A DNA stretch of 64,000 nt from Lama guanicoe (taxonomy: Eukaryota). Numbering within the stretch: position 1 is the first letter of the stretch; the number at the start of each line of letters is the position of its first letter. Location: the NCBI GenBank assembly GCA_013239625.1, contig MU053216.1:2012943-2076942 (forward strand), read 5' to 3'. Under the pieces are notes generated by a model that made no database searches, was not told where the DNA came from, and saw nothing but the letters and a program-made list of their open reading frames with translations. The translations under genes and the position numbers were made by a program. Below are positions 11,958-23,090 of the stretch, one piece after another.

Positions 11958-12655
11958 TGGGGGGTGGGGTGGGGAAGGAGGTAATTAGGTTTATTTATTA
12001 TTATTTTATTTTATTATAATTTTTCCCTTTGTCATTGAATTCGAATTGAGTTTTATGTAAACAGCATAGAGTTGTGTCACTTTTTTTTAACAGCTTGTTT
12101 GTGGTCTGGTTCCTGTACAGTAAACGACACATATTTCAGATGTACAATTTGATGAATTTTGATAGACGTACACACCCATGAAACCATCACCACAATCGAG
12201 ATAGCTAACATTTCCATCACTGCCTAAGGGGTATAAATTTCAAACTCCCAACTTACCCCTTCCCACCCCCTTTAACCTCTGGTAACCTTAAGTTTGTTCT
12301 CTATGTCCTGAATCTGTTTCTGTTTAGTAGATAAGTTCATTTGTGTCCTTTTTTTTAGATTCCACATAGAAGTGATACCATAGGGTATTTTTCTTTCTCC
12401 TTCTGTCTTCCTTCACTTAGAATGGTGATCTCCAGGTCCATCCATGTTGCTGCAAATGGCACTATTTTATTCCTTTTTATGGCTGAGTAGTAGTCCATCA
12501 TATACACCCCCCACATCTTCTTTATCCAGTCATCTGTTGATGGATTTACTTATTCATTATTTTATTATAATTTTTAAAAAACAGGCACTGGGGATTGAAC
12601 CCAGGACCTTTCGCATGCTAAGCACGCACTCCACCACTGAGCTGTACGCTCCCCT
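11958..12655 (-). mobile_element. tRNA-derived SINE split by a nested L1 (tail at 11958-12005, body at 12576-12655)
   Basis: ggaggtaattaggtttatt on the left; ggcactggggattgaacccaggacc..accactgagctgtac on the right. Confidence 0.85.
12025..12556 (-). mobile_element. 5'-truncated chimeric L1 (copy 3) plus ~55 bp of extra 3' sequence, 19-bp TSD
   Basis: ttattttattataattttt at 12006-12024 and 12557-12575; 12080-12545 is colinear with copies 1 and 2. Confidence 0.88.
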
Positions 12656-12796
12656 CTCTTCTCTACTCTTGACACCCCTTCCCTGTCCCTCGTGGACTTT
12701 CTCTTCCTGAGCCATCCCGTGGGATGCTGGTGTTCCGTACTGTTCTGCTCCACCTGGATGATCTGATTTATACACACCCACTTCTATGCTACATGT

Positions 12797-12916
12797 GTTT
12801 GTTTGTTTGTTTGTTTTAAGTACAGTCAGTTACAATGTGTCGATTTCTGGTGTACAGCAGAATGTCCCAGTCATGCGTATACATACATATGTTTGTTTTC
12901 ATATTCTTTTTCATTA
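12797..12916 (-). mobile_element. L1 extreme 3' tip
   Basis: aagtacagtcagttacaatgtgtcgatttctggtgtacagc, reverse complement of the 47925-48022 type. Confidence 0.85.
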
Positions 12917-12927
12917 TGCTATGCACT

Positions 12928-13005
12928 TTTTAATTAATATACTTTATTCTTTGGAGCAGTTTTAGGTTCACAGCAAAACTGCGCTGAAAGTAGACAGTGT
13001 TTCCA
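12928..13005 (-). mobile_element. Ancient L1M 3' tip
   Basis: gagcagttttaggttcacagcaaaactg motif. Confidence 0.65.
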
Positions 13006-13149
13006 CTGCAGTGTTTTCAAAGCCCAGTTCACACACGGTTGTCTCTGTGAAATCTAGGACGTCCCCCCTGGATGAGAAGTTTTCTCTTGTAAAAGCTCAT
13101 TGCCCCTTTGTTTTAAGTTCCCGGTAAGACTTTCCCTTTCTAGCCTGTT

Positions 13150-13430
13150 TTATTTTTCTGGTATCTGTCCTTTCTTCTTTGCTAGACAACTCCTTCAGGG
13201 CAGGGTCTGTATCTGATTTATCTCTGAATTCCTGAACAACCTGCCGCGGTGCATTCATTCTTTCGTTCATTCAGATGTTGGGGTAGGATGTATCTCACTG
13301 CACTGCTTATATATTTGTAGGTCTGCCTTTCTTATTAGACTGGGGGCTCTGAGATCATTTACTTTTTGTTTTTCTATCTCCCAGTGCTTTGTGCAAAGTA
13401 TACAGTAAGTGGTTGATAAATGCCTGCTTT
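13150..13430. mobile_element. L2 3' end fragments
   Basis: ctagacaactccttcagggcaggg; cattcattc; cagtaagtggttgataaatg. Confidence 0.5.
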
Positions 13431-15269
13431 TCCAACATGAAAGGAAGCTGGCTGTTCCATTGTAAAATTTCGGTTAAAACATCAATACGTATTGAACTGT
13501 AATCCTAAACAATTAATGATCAAGGAAGAGCATAAAAATTTGTTTTTAACGGAATATATTTACTGTGTTCCCAGAATCATGTGTTTCCATCTCCTAGTGC
13601 TTCCTAAAGCCACCCAGGGCTCGGTGACCCTGTAGATTAGACATCTCTCGAGGCTTAAAATAGATTTGGAATGGTAACTTCTTGTGAAAGCAGGAATATA
13701 TCATGGAAAGAAGAATTTGAGACAAAATACGTCTTTAAAAATGCTCTTTTCCTCGGAACATTTAACATTTAAAACTCTTCATCTCTCGCCACTTGAGTCT
13801 TGGTGTTGACCTCAAGGGTCTTATAGAAGGTACAGGATTTCGAGGGCGAAAGGAAGCAGAAGAAGGCAAAATGGTTGGAAATGAGGAGTCGAGGTATCAC
13901 CTGGGCTCGGAGATGTCAAATGCAGACCAAGAGCAGGAGGGACGGATGAAAAGGAAATGGCTGAGCGATTGATGGGAAGGCCAGGGGTGAGTGGTGATGA
14001 GAGAAGAAACACTAAAGCAGCAAAGGGCAAGGCCCAAAAGAGTGAGAAGGAGAACTTCCGAAAGAATAACTGTGATCTCTCAGTGGCACGAACAACTTCA
14101 AAATATCACTCATGAAGAATGAGAGAGTAAAGCTCCCTTCCAGCACTGCCTCCCCAGCAGAGCACGTTTGTTTGCCTTTGTTACCTTTGTCAGGAGAATG
14201 GAAATGTTCAGAGAGACAGAAACGCATCCAGCAGCCCTACAGATGGCTAGGGAGCTCCTGCTCACGCTGTGTGTGATCCCCGGACGCGGCGGCAGACCTC
14301 CTCCTCCTCTGCGGGAGAGAAGGGGAAATCGTCACTTTAACTGAGTTTAGACGCCTGCCTTCCAGATGATCCTCCTTCCAATCCTGAAACAGCAGGAACT
14401 TGGCTAAAGGCGGTACAGATTTTAGTTCTTCACGCCTTGATTCTCATTAATTTGGGAGGCAGTCTGGAACTTAGAAGTACTTTTTTTCCCCCTCCTAACA
14501 CACATTAGTTAACATTCATAGCTATGCCATACAGTCCTAAGCAGACTTACATTTTGAAAAATCTCCTCCTTACCCCCAATTTAACTAGAACTTTTCATCT
14601 GTAGCTCAGAAGGATGCCAGGGAAGAATAATAAGCATTGACAGGAAATATCTTGAACCTGAGCAATTTCATGTGAAAACCTCAGTCACAAATGTTAGACC
14701 TTCATTACTTCTCCCATGGCTCCGAGGCAGCCGGTGGCTGGGAGCAGCTGGTCCAAGATGACACTGGGATGGACTGTAACCCGTCAGGCCACTAGGAGGA
14801 CGTTTTAGCCTCTGACAGTGAAGTCGATGATTCTGGACCTTGAAATAGTTCTCGACTGTCCAATACATTTTCCTACCTGGTTTTCAACAGAAACCACTTT
14901 TATCTCTCTTGGGAAACTGCTGGCTGAAATTCAAGGCCTTTTTCCAATGCCAGCATCTAAAATCTCCATTTCATCAGCTTTGAATACATTTTTAAAAATG
15001 TCAAAATGCATTATGACAACTGTATTATCAGATAAAGCCAGAAACATCCTTCTATTGTCTTCAAATACTCAGAAGATTTAACATGTGAAAAAGATCAGAG
15101 ACACTTCTCTTGAAATGCAGCATTGTGCTTGGACCTGCCAAAAATTTGTATTATGGTCCTTTGGCGTAGTGTCCTTTATTTTCTCCCACAAAGGGGGAGA
15201 GAGGGTCCAGCCTGTGCGTGGTGAGGCTTATGCTTGAGTTTATTCTTTTTTTTTAATTTGCCCTTCCCC

Positions 15270-15408
15270 TTTATTTATTTTTTATTTTTATTTGGGGGAG
15301 GGCAGGAAATTAGGATTATTTGTTTATTTTTTAATGGAGGCGCTGGGGATTGAACCGAGGACCTCATGCATGCTAAGCGTGAGCTCCACCACTGAGCTGT
15401 ACCTTCCT
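15270..15408 (-). mobile_element. tRNA-derived SINE (Vic-1-like)
   Basis: aatggaggcgctggggattgaaccgaggacctcatgcatgctaagc..accactgagctgtacc. Confidence 0.9.
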
Positions 15409-15627
15409 CACCCTTTCTTTCTTAACTTTGGCGTGAGTATGTTCTGAGGCAGCAGACCGTCGGCCAGGTGCAACTACTAATTTGAAAGAAATTTCAATCA
15501 AATCCGTTCACTGGAAGCTTCCGAACCAGACACTCTCCTGAAAGCACGTTTATGACTCGTTTTAGTCCACTTCACTCTGGGGAAGTCTGTGCTTGCTTCT
15601 TGCCCTTCGTAATTCTATGAGTCATAA

Positions 15628-15825
15628 CAGTAACAATAATACCACCTTCTGTGTTTATAGCTTCTAATAATTGCAAAGCGTCGCTCACATTGATCTCTAA
15701 TCCGCTCGACAATGCGAGCGAGGGAATTACCCGCCCATTTCCCTGATGAAAACACCGAGTCTTGGGGGGGCCACGTACCGCGTCCAAAGCCACAGAGGAA
15801 GTAAGTAGTGGAGCCTGACTTTGGC
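15628..15825 (-). mobile_element. MIR, GC-shifted
   Basis: cccatttccctgatgaaaacaccgag..tccaaagccacag..agtaagtagtggagcc. Confidence 0.6.
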
Positions 15826-15859
15826 CTTCGTACCATTGGCCTTCTGACCACCCGGCGCT

Positions 15860-16720
15860 GTCCTCTCTCCTGTGTGCGAGGGAAGGAGTCCTTCCAGGCT
15901 GAGCACGCTGACGGTAAACGCGGTAGCCGCGCTGTTAGCTTGCCTCGAAGGGCCTGGTTTCGACACTCGTGGCTCTCAGAGCACCGCTGAGGGACGACTA
16001 AATCCTCCTCGTCAAGAAAGAGCTGTCTTCAGCCGCTTAGTGCAGCAGAAGGCAAACTGCGTCCAGGGGAGGCCGAGGGGCAGCGTAGCGTGCAGATCCT
16101 GCAGGTGTCTTCAGCGCTAATAGGACGCGTGGCCGTGACCCCGGAGGAGGCCCTGCGCGCTTGGCGCGAGTGTCCCGTCGCGCCCGAGGCCGCGCCCTGC
16201 GGCGGCGAGCGGGGTGCGGGCCGGAGCCCTGACGCGGGAGCCGGCGCTGGGCTCACCTGCGGGGGACTCAGCCGACACTCTCTCCGGGGCGAGGGGCACT
16301 GGGCGTCTCATTAGGCCCTTCAAGCTCTCCCAGGGCCTGGGAGGGAGAGCTGGCAGCCGCCTGATGGTGGAGCGGGTGCCCAGCGCCTTAAAACCTCTAA
16401 CTCTGCTGTCTTAGGGAGAAAGGAAAGAATCATTTGAAAAATTCCACCTGCCTGAGAAATCATTTAATTCATGTTCTTAATGTTTGAAAGGATTGTTCCT
16501 ATAGTCGTATTTGTAGAGACTTCCAAAGCCAGCGGCTCTCCAGCTTCTCGGGGGCCTGGCGGGGCAGGGCTTCCCCCCTCACGGCTGGCTTGCCCGCCTC
16601 CCTCCTTCCGTCCTAGCGGGCCCTCGTGCTGGTTATGCCCACGGCTCCTCTTCTTCGCACGTCTAGGTGCTGACAACAGATCTGAGCTGCGTTGATGAAC
16701 ACGTCGTGGGGCACCTTTTG
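15860..16720. promoter_or_regulatory. CpG island (orphan)
   Basis: Very CpG-dense core at 16060-16310. Confidence 0.55.
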
Positions 16721-18076
16721 ATATCAAAAGAGGTGTACCTGTGGCTAAATACTGTGGTAGGCTAGATTTTTTTTTTAACAGCTTTTTTCATCAGTGAGGT
16801 TATGCTAATACCACACTGAAGAACACCCTGACTTCTACTGGAAATCAGTGAGAAGTCAGTGTGCACACGGAACTGCTGGATGTGGGCATCCTCCGTGCTG
16901 ACAGGCACTTTATCATTTCGACAGGCACCAACCCTTGTGTTTCTGGTTCCTGTCGCCCCCAACAGTGTTTGCTGAGTCGTTCGTCCAAGAACTACTCCTG
17001 ACCCACGCACTGGCCTTTTCTTGTCTCCTTTCTCTGTCTGGTCTTCAGGGCTCATTTGCCCTCTCTCCCTCTTTTTCCCTGATGACTCCTGGAATCGAGC
17101 GTTCTCCAGCCCACGGTGCGCCTGTCTGAGGAGCTGAGGGCGAGGGTGGGCTCCAGGGTGAGGGGTCGCTGCGATTTAGCAGGGTCACGTGCATGGATCT
17201 TGATGCAAAGAGTCATTCCTTTGGAACCTGCTGATGGCCTGCAGACTTTTGCCCCTGCTTACGTGGGATATTTTGGTTCTGGTGAGAAAGAGAGTTACGA
17301 TACGAGTCTGAGTGTCACACGATCGGATCCATTTTGGAGAAAGCCAAGATTTAACGAGGAATTTCCATGCGGGAGGGCCTGCTGTTCTCAGGCGTCTGGT
17401 GTGAAGGGATGAACGCGAGGCAGGTGCCGAATCAGGACACCCAGGTGCCTTAGCTCTGAGACCTGAACTTCGAGACTCTCTTCTTCCCACTCACTGCTTT
17501 TCTGTGATCTGCTGATGGTTCTCAAATGGAGTTGGAACGTGAGTGACTTCCAGCTGGTGAAGGCTGCGGCCGGAGCCATCCTCAGGTCTATTTTGCTAAG
17601 CAAACAGTTTACAGATACCACACATTAAACCTGTAAGCAAAACCTGAGGGTAGGAGGAGATTTTTAAGTTCAACAGAATCGATGTTTCGAGGCACTTCAA
17701 AAATTCCACTAAGTACTCAAGAAGCAGAATTCATATGCGGACAAATCACGTGCTAATTGCAATTTTAAATCTTCAGAAGACCTCTGCCAGCTGATTTTTT
17801 TCCCTCGAGATTATGCTGTTTTCTACTTGAAAGGACTGAATCCCTATCTCAGGAATACTTACAATTCGGATGATTCACAAATTCCAATTGTTTCTCATCC
17901 TTAATTAGTGGTATTTTATGGTTTATTTCCATTTTGTTCCAAGGAGCTCCTAAAAGGATTTCTGCAGGATGGGTGTGTGTGCGCCTGTGTGTTTCTGTGT
18001 GTGTGTGTTTCTGTGTGTGTGCGTTTAAGTTACGGCCGGGCGTGCCGGGTTTCTCGTTGGTAAGAGTGTCCCCCTC

Positions 18077-18206
18077 GGGGGGAGGGCGGAGCTCAGGGGT
18101 GGAGCGCGCGCTTAGCGTGCACGAGGTGCTAGGTTCCATCCCTGGTCCCTCCTCTAAGAATAAATAAATAAGTAAGCCTAAGTACCTACCCCCACCCCCC
18201 AAAAAA
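18077..18206 (+). mobile_element. tRNA-derived SINE, GC-shifted
   Basis: ggggagggcggagctcaggggtggagcgcgcgcttagcgtgcacgagg..aataaataag taagcctaagtacc. Confidence 0.9.
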
Positions 18207-18213
18207 TCCCTCC

Positions 18214-18348
18214 TTTTTTGTTGTTGTTGTTGTTGTGGGGGGATGTAATTAGGTTTATTTATTTATTTATTAATGGAGAGACTGGGGATTGAACCCAGGA
18301 CCTAGTGCATGCTAAGCACGCCCTCTACCATTGAGCTCTACTCTCCCC
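18214..18348 (-). mobile_element. tRNA-derived SINE, tail-to-tail with the previous copy
   Basis: gtaattaggtttatttattt..ctggggattgaacccaggacc..ctaccattgagct. Confidence 0.92.
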
Positions 18349-18555
18349 CACGACTCCTTGCTTTTTAAGCTTTAAAGGCACGTTTAATACTTATAAAAAT
18401 ACAGAAAGTTACTTTCAGTAGGTCAGATTGTTTCTTCCACTTTTTACTCCCTCCAGCACCCCAGCCTTTGCCTTGTGGCTTTGTGGTCCCTCTTTGTAGA
18501 ACAGGGAGAACATACGTGTTTTCTCATCTCATTGATTTACTTTGGCTAATGGAAT

Positions 18556-19395
18556 CTTATTTTTTATTGAGACATAATTCACATACCATAAAATTCACCA
18601 TTTGAAAGTGTACAATTCGGTGGTTTTTAGTATATCCATGAAGTTGTGCAACCACTGCCATGATCTAATTCCAGAACAGTCCAGTCACCCCAGAAAGGAG
18701 CCCCAGACCCACTAGAAGAACCCCTGTATCTCCCCTTCTGGCACCCCAGGCAACCACTCATCTGCTTGCTTGCTTTGTGGACTTGCCCTTCCTGGGCATT
18801 TCATGGAAATGGGACCGTGCACTTCATGGTCATTGGGTCTGGCTTCTTTGACTCAGTAGATTGTTTGCAAGGCTTGTCCATGTTGTAACATGTATCGGTA
18901 TTTCATTTCTTTTTATGGTCAAATAATATTCCACTGTAGGGATGGGCCAGTTTCTTTATCCACTCAATTTAGTGGACACTTGATTTGCTTCCACTATTTG
19001 GCTGCCATGAGTAATTCGGTTAAGTTTTTGGATAAGCATATGTTTTTGATTCCCTTACGTATATACCTAGGGTTAGAACTGGGTCATGTGGCCCCTCCAA
19101 GTCTGACAGTCTGAGGAACTGCCAGTCTGTTTTCCATTGTGGATGCATCATTTTACATCCCCATCAGCAACATATGAAGGTTTCAGTTCCTCCGTGTCTT
19201 CATCAGCACCTGTTACTGTCTGTCATTTTGATTACAGCCATCCTAGTAGGTGTGAAGTTGTATCTTATTGTGGTTTTGATTTTCTTTCCCCAGTGATGTT
19301 GAACATCTTTTTATGTGCCAGCCAGTGGAATCTTCACGTCTGTGATGGGGAACAGAGGTTGTAAATCTTCCTGTTGATTTGACTTGGCTTCTTGT
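18556..19395 (-). mobile_element. Ancient L1 (L1MB-like) 3' region
   Basis: ttattgagacataattcacataccataaaattcacc..aagtgtacaattc..gttgtgcaacca; later gaggaactgccagtctgttttcc. Confidence 0.8.
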
Positions 19396-19399
19396 ATTT

Positions 19400-20445
19400 C
19401 TTTTTTTTAAATTTTTTTTATTGAAGTATAGTTGATTTATAATGTTGTGTTAGTTCAACTGTACAGCAGGGAGATTCAGAGAGATATATATAGTCTTTTT
19501 CATTATAGATTGTTACAAGATATTGAATGGCGTTCCCTGTGCTCTACAGTAGAACCTTGTTGTTTATCTGTTTTATATAGAGTAGTTTGTATCTGCTAAT
19601 CCCAAACTCCTAATTTGTTCCCCCTCCTTCCCCTTTCCCCTTTGGTAACCATAGTTTGTTTTCCATGTCTGTGAGTCTATTTCTGATTTCTAAATATGTT
19701 CATTTGTATCCATTTTTTTAGATTCCACATATAAGTGATATATGATATTTGTCTGTCTGACTTACTTCACTTGGTATGATAATGTCTAGGTCCATCCATG
19801 TAGCTGCCAATGGTGTTATTTCATTCTTTTTTATGGCTGAGTAGTATTCCATTGTATATACACCACATCTTTATCTAGTCATCTGTTGATGGACATTTAG
19901 GTTGCTTCCACATCTTGTCTATTGTAAATAGTGCTGCTGTGAATGTTGGGCTGCATGTATCTTTTTGAATTGGAGTTTTCTCCAGCTATGTGCCCAGCAG
20001 TGGGATTGCTGGATCATGTGGTAATGCTATCATTAGTTTTTTTTTTTACATTTTTTTATTGAGTTAGAGTCATTTTACAATGTTGTGTCAAATTCTAGTG
20101 TAGAGAACAATTTTTCAGTTATACATGAACATACATATATTCATTGTCACTTTTTTTTTTTGCCGTGAGCTACCACAAGATCTTGTATATATTTCCCTGT
20201 GCTATCTTCAGTTTTTTAAGGAACCTCCATACTGTTCTCCCTAGTGGCTGCACCAATTTACACTCCCACCAGCAGTGTAGGAGGGTTTCCTTTTCTCCAC
20301 ACCCTCTCCAGCATTTGTTGTTTGTAGACTTTTTAATGATGGCCACTCTGAGTGGTATGGGGTGGTACCTCATTGTAGTTTTGATTTGCATTTCCCATAA
20401 TTAGCAACGTTGAGCATCCTTTCATGTGCCGTTGGCCATCTGGAC
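19400..20445 (-). mobile_element. Cetartiodactyl-type L1 (ORF2 end and 3' UTR), interrupted by a younger L1
   Basis: ORF 20170-20391 encodes [43 protein letters not shown], the ORF2 cysteine-rich region. Confidence 0.92.
20041..20199 (-). mobile_element. Young L1 3' tip nested in an older L1
   Basis: Reverse complement of the 63045-63206 type; TSD tgctatc(a/t)t(t/c)agtttt at 20025-20040 and 20200-20215. Confidence 0.88.
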
Positions 20446-20679
20446 TTCTGGTCCTTCTGCTGACTACCAGGAGGACACGCCCCAGGGAGTTGTTGATCCA
20501 GGGGGAAGGAGGAGACACACGAGCAGACCTGAGCCCAGTCCACAGTCCTCGCCAAGAGCGGCTAATACTCACCCCTGGAGCAAGGAAAACAAACGTTTTT
20601 TTTTCCATGGCATGGAGATCTGGGAGTTGTAACACAGCACTAGTGAAGCAATAGCTGCTGAAGACAGATGTGTGTAAGA

Positions 20680-21570
20680 GACATGTGCACTTTGAAAAAT
20701 GATTAAGGAACACCTCTTAACCTCTACCCAGATGAAGAAAAAGAGCATCAATATCTTAGCTGCCCCTCGGAGTCCTTCTGTCACGCCCCCCTTTAGTGAC
20801 GGCTAAACAGTCACTAAACACCCCTGAACAACGTACAGCAGTTGCGTCTTGTCTTTGTGTGCGTTCAGCCGTGCTGGGTGTGTCTAACTAGCCTGCGCCT
20901 GTGACGCGTTCCTGAGACCGGTGTACCTGGCCGTGTGCAGCTGGAGGCCATTTATTTTTATTGCCGTATCCCGCTGCACAAACGAGCGGCAACTTATTTA
21001 GTCTACAGTTTGTGAAACTTTGGGTTTGTCATTGCTGGGCTGTGAGGGCAGTGCTCCTAGCAGCGTTCTCGTATGTAGAGTGTGGAGCCGAGTGTCAGGG
21101 TTTCTCTAGGGAGTTTGCCCACAACTGAAATGACAAGGTCAGGGGGCACAGGCGTTTTCAACCAGGCAACGGCAAATGTTTTCCAGAATGGTTGCGCTGA
21201 AGCCACCTCCACCAGCAGTGTGTGGGGGCTCCCAGCGCCTCCCAAGCTGGCAGCATTTGGTGTTGCTGGGAATTTAAATTTAAACGTATGCCACTCTGGT
21301 GCATGTGTTACAAAATCTCATTGTGGCTCGTTTTGCATTCCTCTCATTGCTAATGAGCATAAGCATCTAATTAATATGTGTGCATCGCCTCCTTTGTCAA
21401 GTCCCCATTCAAGTATTTTTGCTACATTTCTTACTGGATTTGTTGTCTAATTAATTTGCAGGTATTTTCATATATTCTGTAGGCTAACCATTTTATGATG
21501 TGGGTTGTAAATGTATTTTCCCACTTGTGATTTCACTTTTAACTCTCTTGCATTTTACTAATGAACATGT
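20680..21570 (-). mobile_element. Very old L1 (L1ME-like), GC-shifted
   Basis: aaatgttttccagaatggttg..cctccaccagcagtgtg..tctcattgtggctcgttttgcattcc; ORF remnant HTLLVEVASAQPFWK. Confidence 0.6.
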
Positions 21571-21579
21571 CTTTTTTTT

Positions 21580-23090
21580 TTTTTCATTTCAACAAATATT
21601 CGTTGGGCACTTAATGTGGAGTGGAGGCACTTCTCACACCAGGGCTAAAGTAGTGAACAAAATCGACCCATTCTTTGCCCTCTGAGAGCCTCTATTCCGG
21701 TAAAGTAAGGCAGATAATTAAAAAAAAAAAAAGGTGAGTGACTGATGCAGCCTGGCAGCAATATGTTGGATCTATTGTAAAAATTAAAAAATCCTAAACT
21801 TCAGGGAAATGCAGGAATTTTGTTCCTCTCGGGGGCAGACTTCAGGCTTCTGCAAACACTGAGGAAGGGGGTTGGCTCAGTCTCTTTCTTTTCCGTCAGT
21901 CCCTCACCCCCACCAGCCTGGCTGCCTCTGGTGCCACTGGAGTCAGAGGAGAGCGTGAGGGAGATGTGGCGGGGCAGAGCTTCTGGTCTGTCGTGGGCTG
22001 AATCAGCACGTTTGACAAGACTTTGGAGGTGATTCTTCCCTCCTGTTGGCGATTTCCAGGTGTTTGCAAAGCCCATCGATGTGGATCTGTCTGTCTGTCC
22101 ACCCACCCATCCAGCCAGCCCGTAACTATGTATTACAGATGAATATGTGCTCTGTGCTGTTGTTCTCCTTAGCACGTATCTGACGTTATATTCTTTATTT
22201 ATTTGCCTACGTTATTTTAAAATTGTGTATGACCCGTAGCCCTCGCTAGAATGTGAGCTCTTAGATGGCAGGGAATTTACGGTGTTCACTGCCATATCAA
22301 CAGTGCCTACAACAGTGCCTGGTGCGTAATAAATGCTTGGTAATGATCTGATGAATAAACAGAATTGAGATTTGGGATCTAGGAAGTTTGAACAACAGTG
22401 GTAGCTTGAACCAGGTGCTTGAAGAGATTGTCTTCCCCTTTTCTTACTGTGAATAGTTTCCAGACTTCCGTCTTCACGGACTGTGTTACATCATTTAGCT
22501 AGGTTGTCTTGTTCCCCTTGTTTAAGCCCTTTTGCAGTTTTCCCCCTGAATTATGTATGAAAACTGTACGTTTGTTCATTCATTTCACACATATTGTGGA
22601 GCCCCTTCCCTGTGCCGATGCCGCTCGGAGCACTGTGCACCCAGAGATGAACACGCTCCCTCTTGTCAAAGTCACATCAGGGTCTTAGAGATGGAAAGTT
22701 TAAATAGCTAAAAATAAAGAAATACTATGATTTTGGATTAGTGCTATGAAGGAAAATAAACCAGGGAAAGTGTCCAGAGAGTGACTGAATGGGGCACAGG
22801 CAGGCATCATTGAATACTGTGGACAGGAGGTGATGTCTGAGCAGAGACCTGGGTGATGGGCAGGCGTGAGCCGTGCCAAGGGCGGGGGTGGGGGGGGCAT
22901 TTGAGGCAGAGGGACGAGCTTGTGCAAATGCCCTGGGGCATAACAGGTCAGCGTGTCTGAAACGGAGTGTGGGGGGAACTGGGCAGGAGATAAGGGCACA
23001 GAAGGAGGAGGGACCGAATTGGGTGGGGCTGAGAGGCCATGCTAAGAAAGTTCAATTATATGATGGGTGGTCCTGATCTGGTTTTAAAAC
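21580..23090. mobile_element. Cluster of L2 fragments in both orientations
   Basis: catttcaacaaatatt (minus); ctagaatgtgagctcttagatggcaggg..aacagtgcctgg..tgaataaa (plus, 22150-22360); aggaggtgatgtctgagcagagacctg (minus). Confidence 0.65.
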
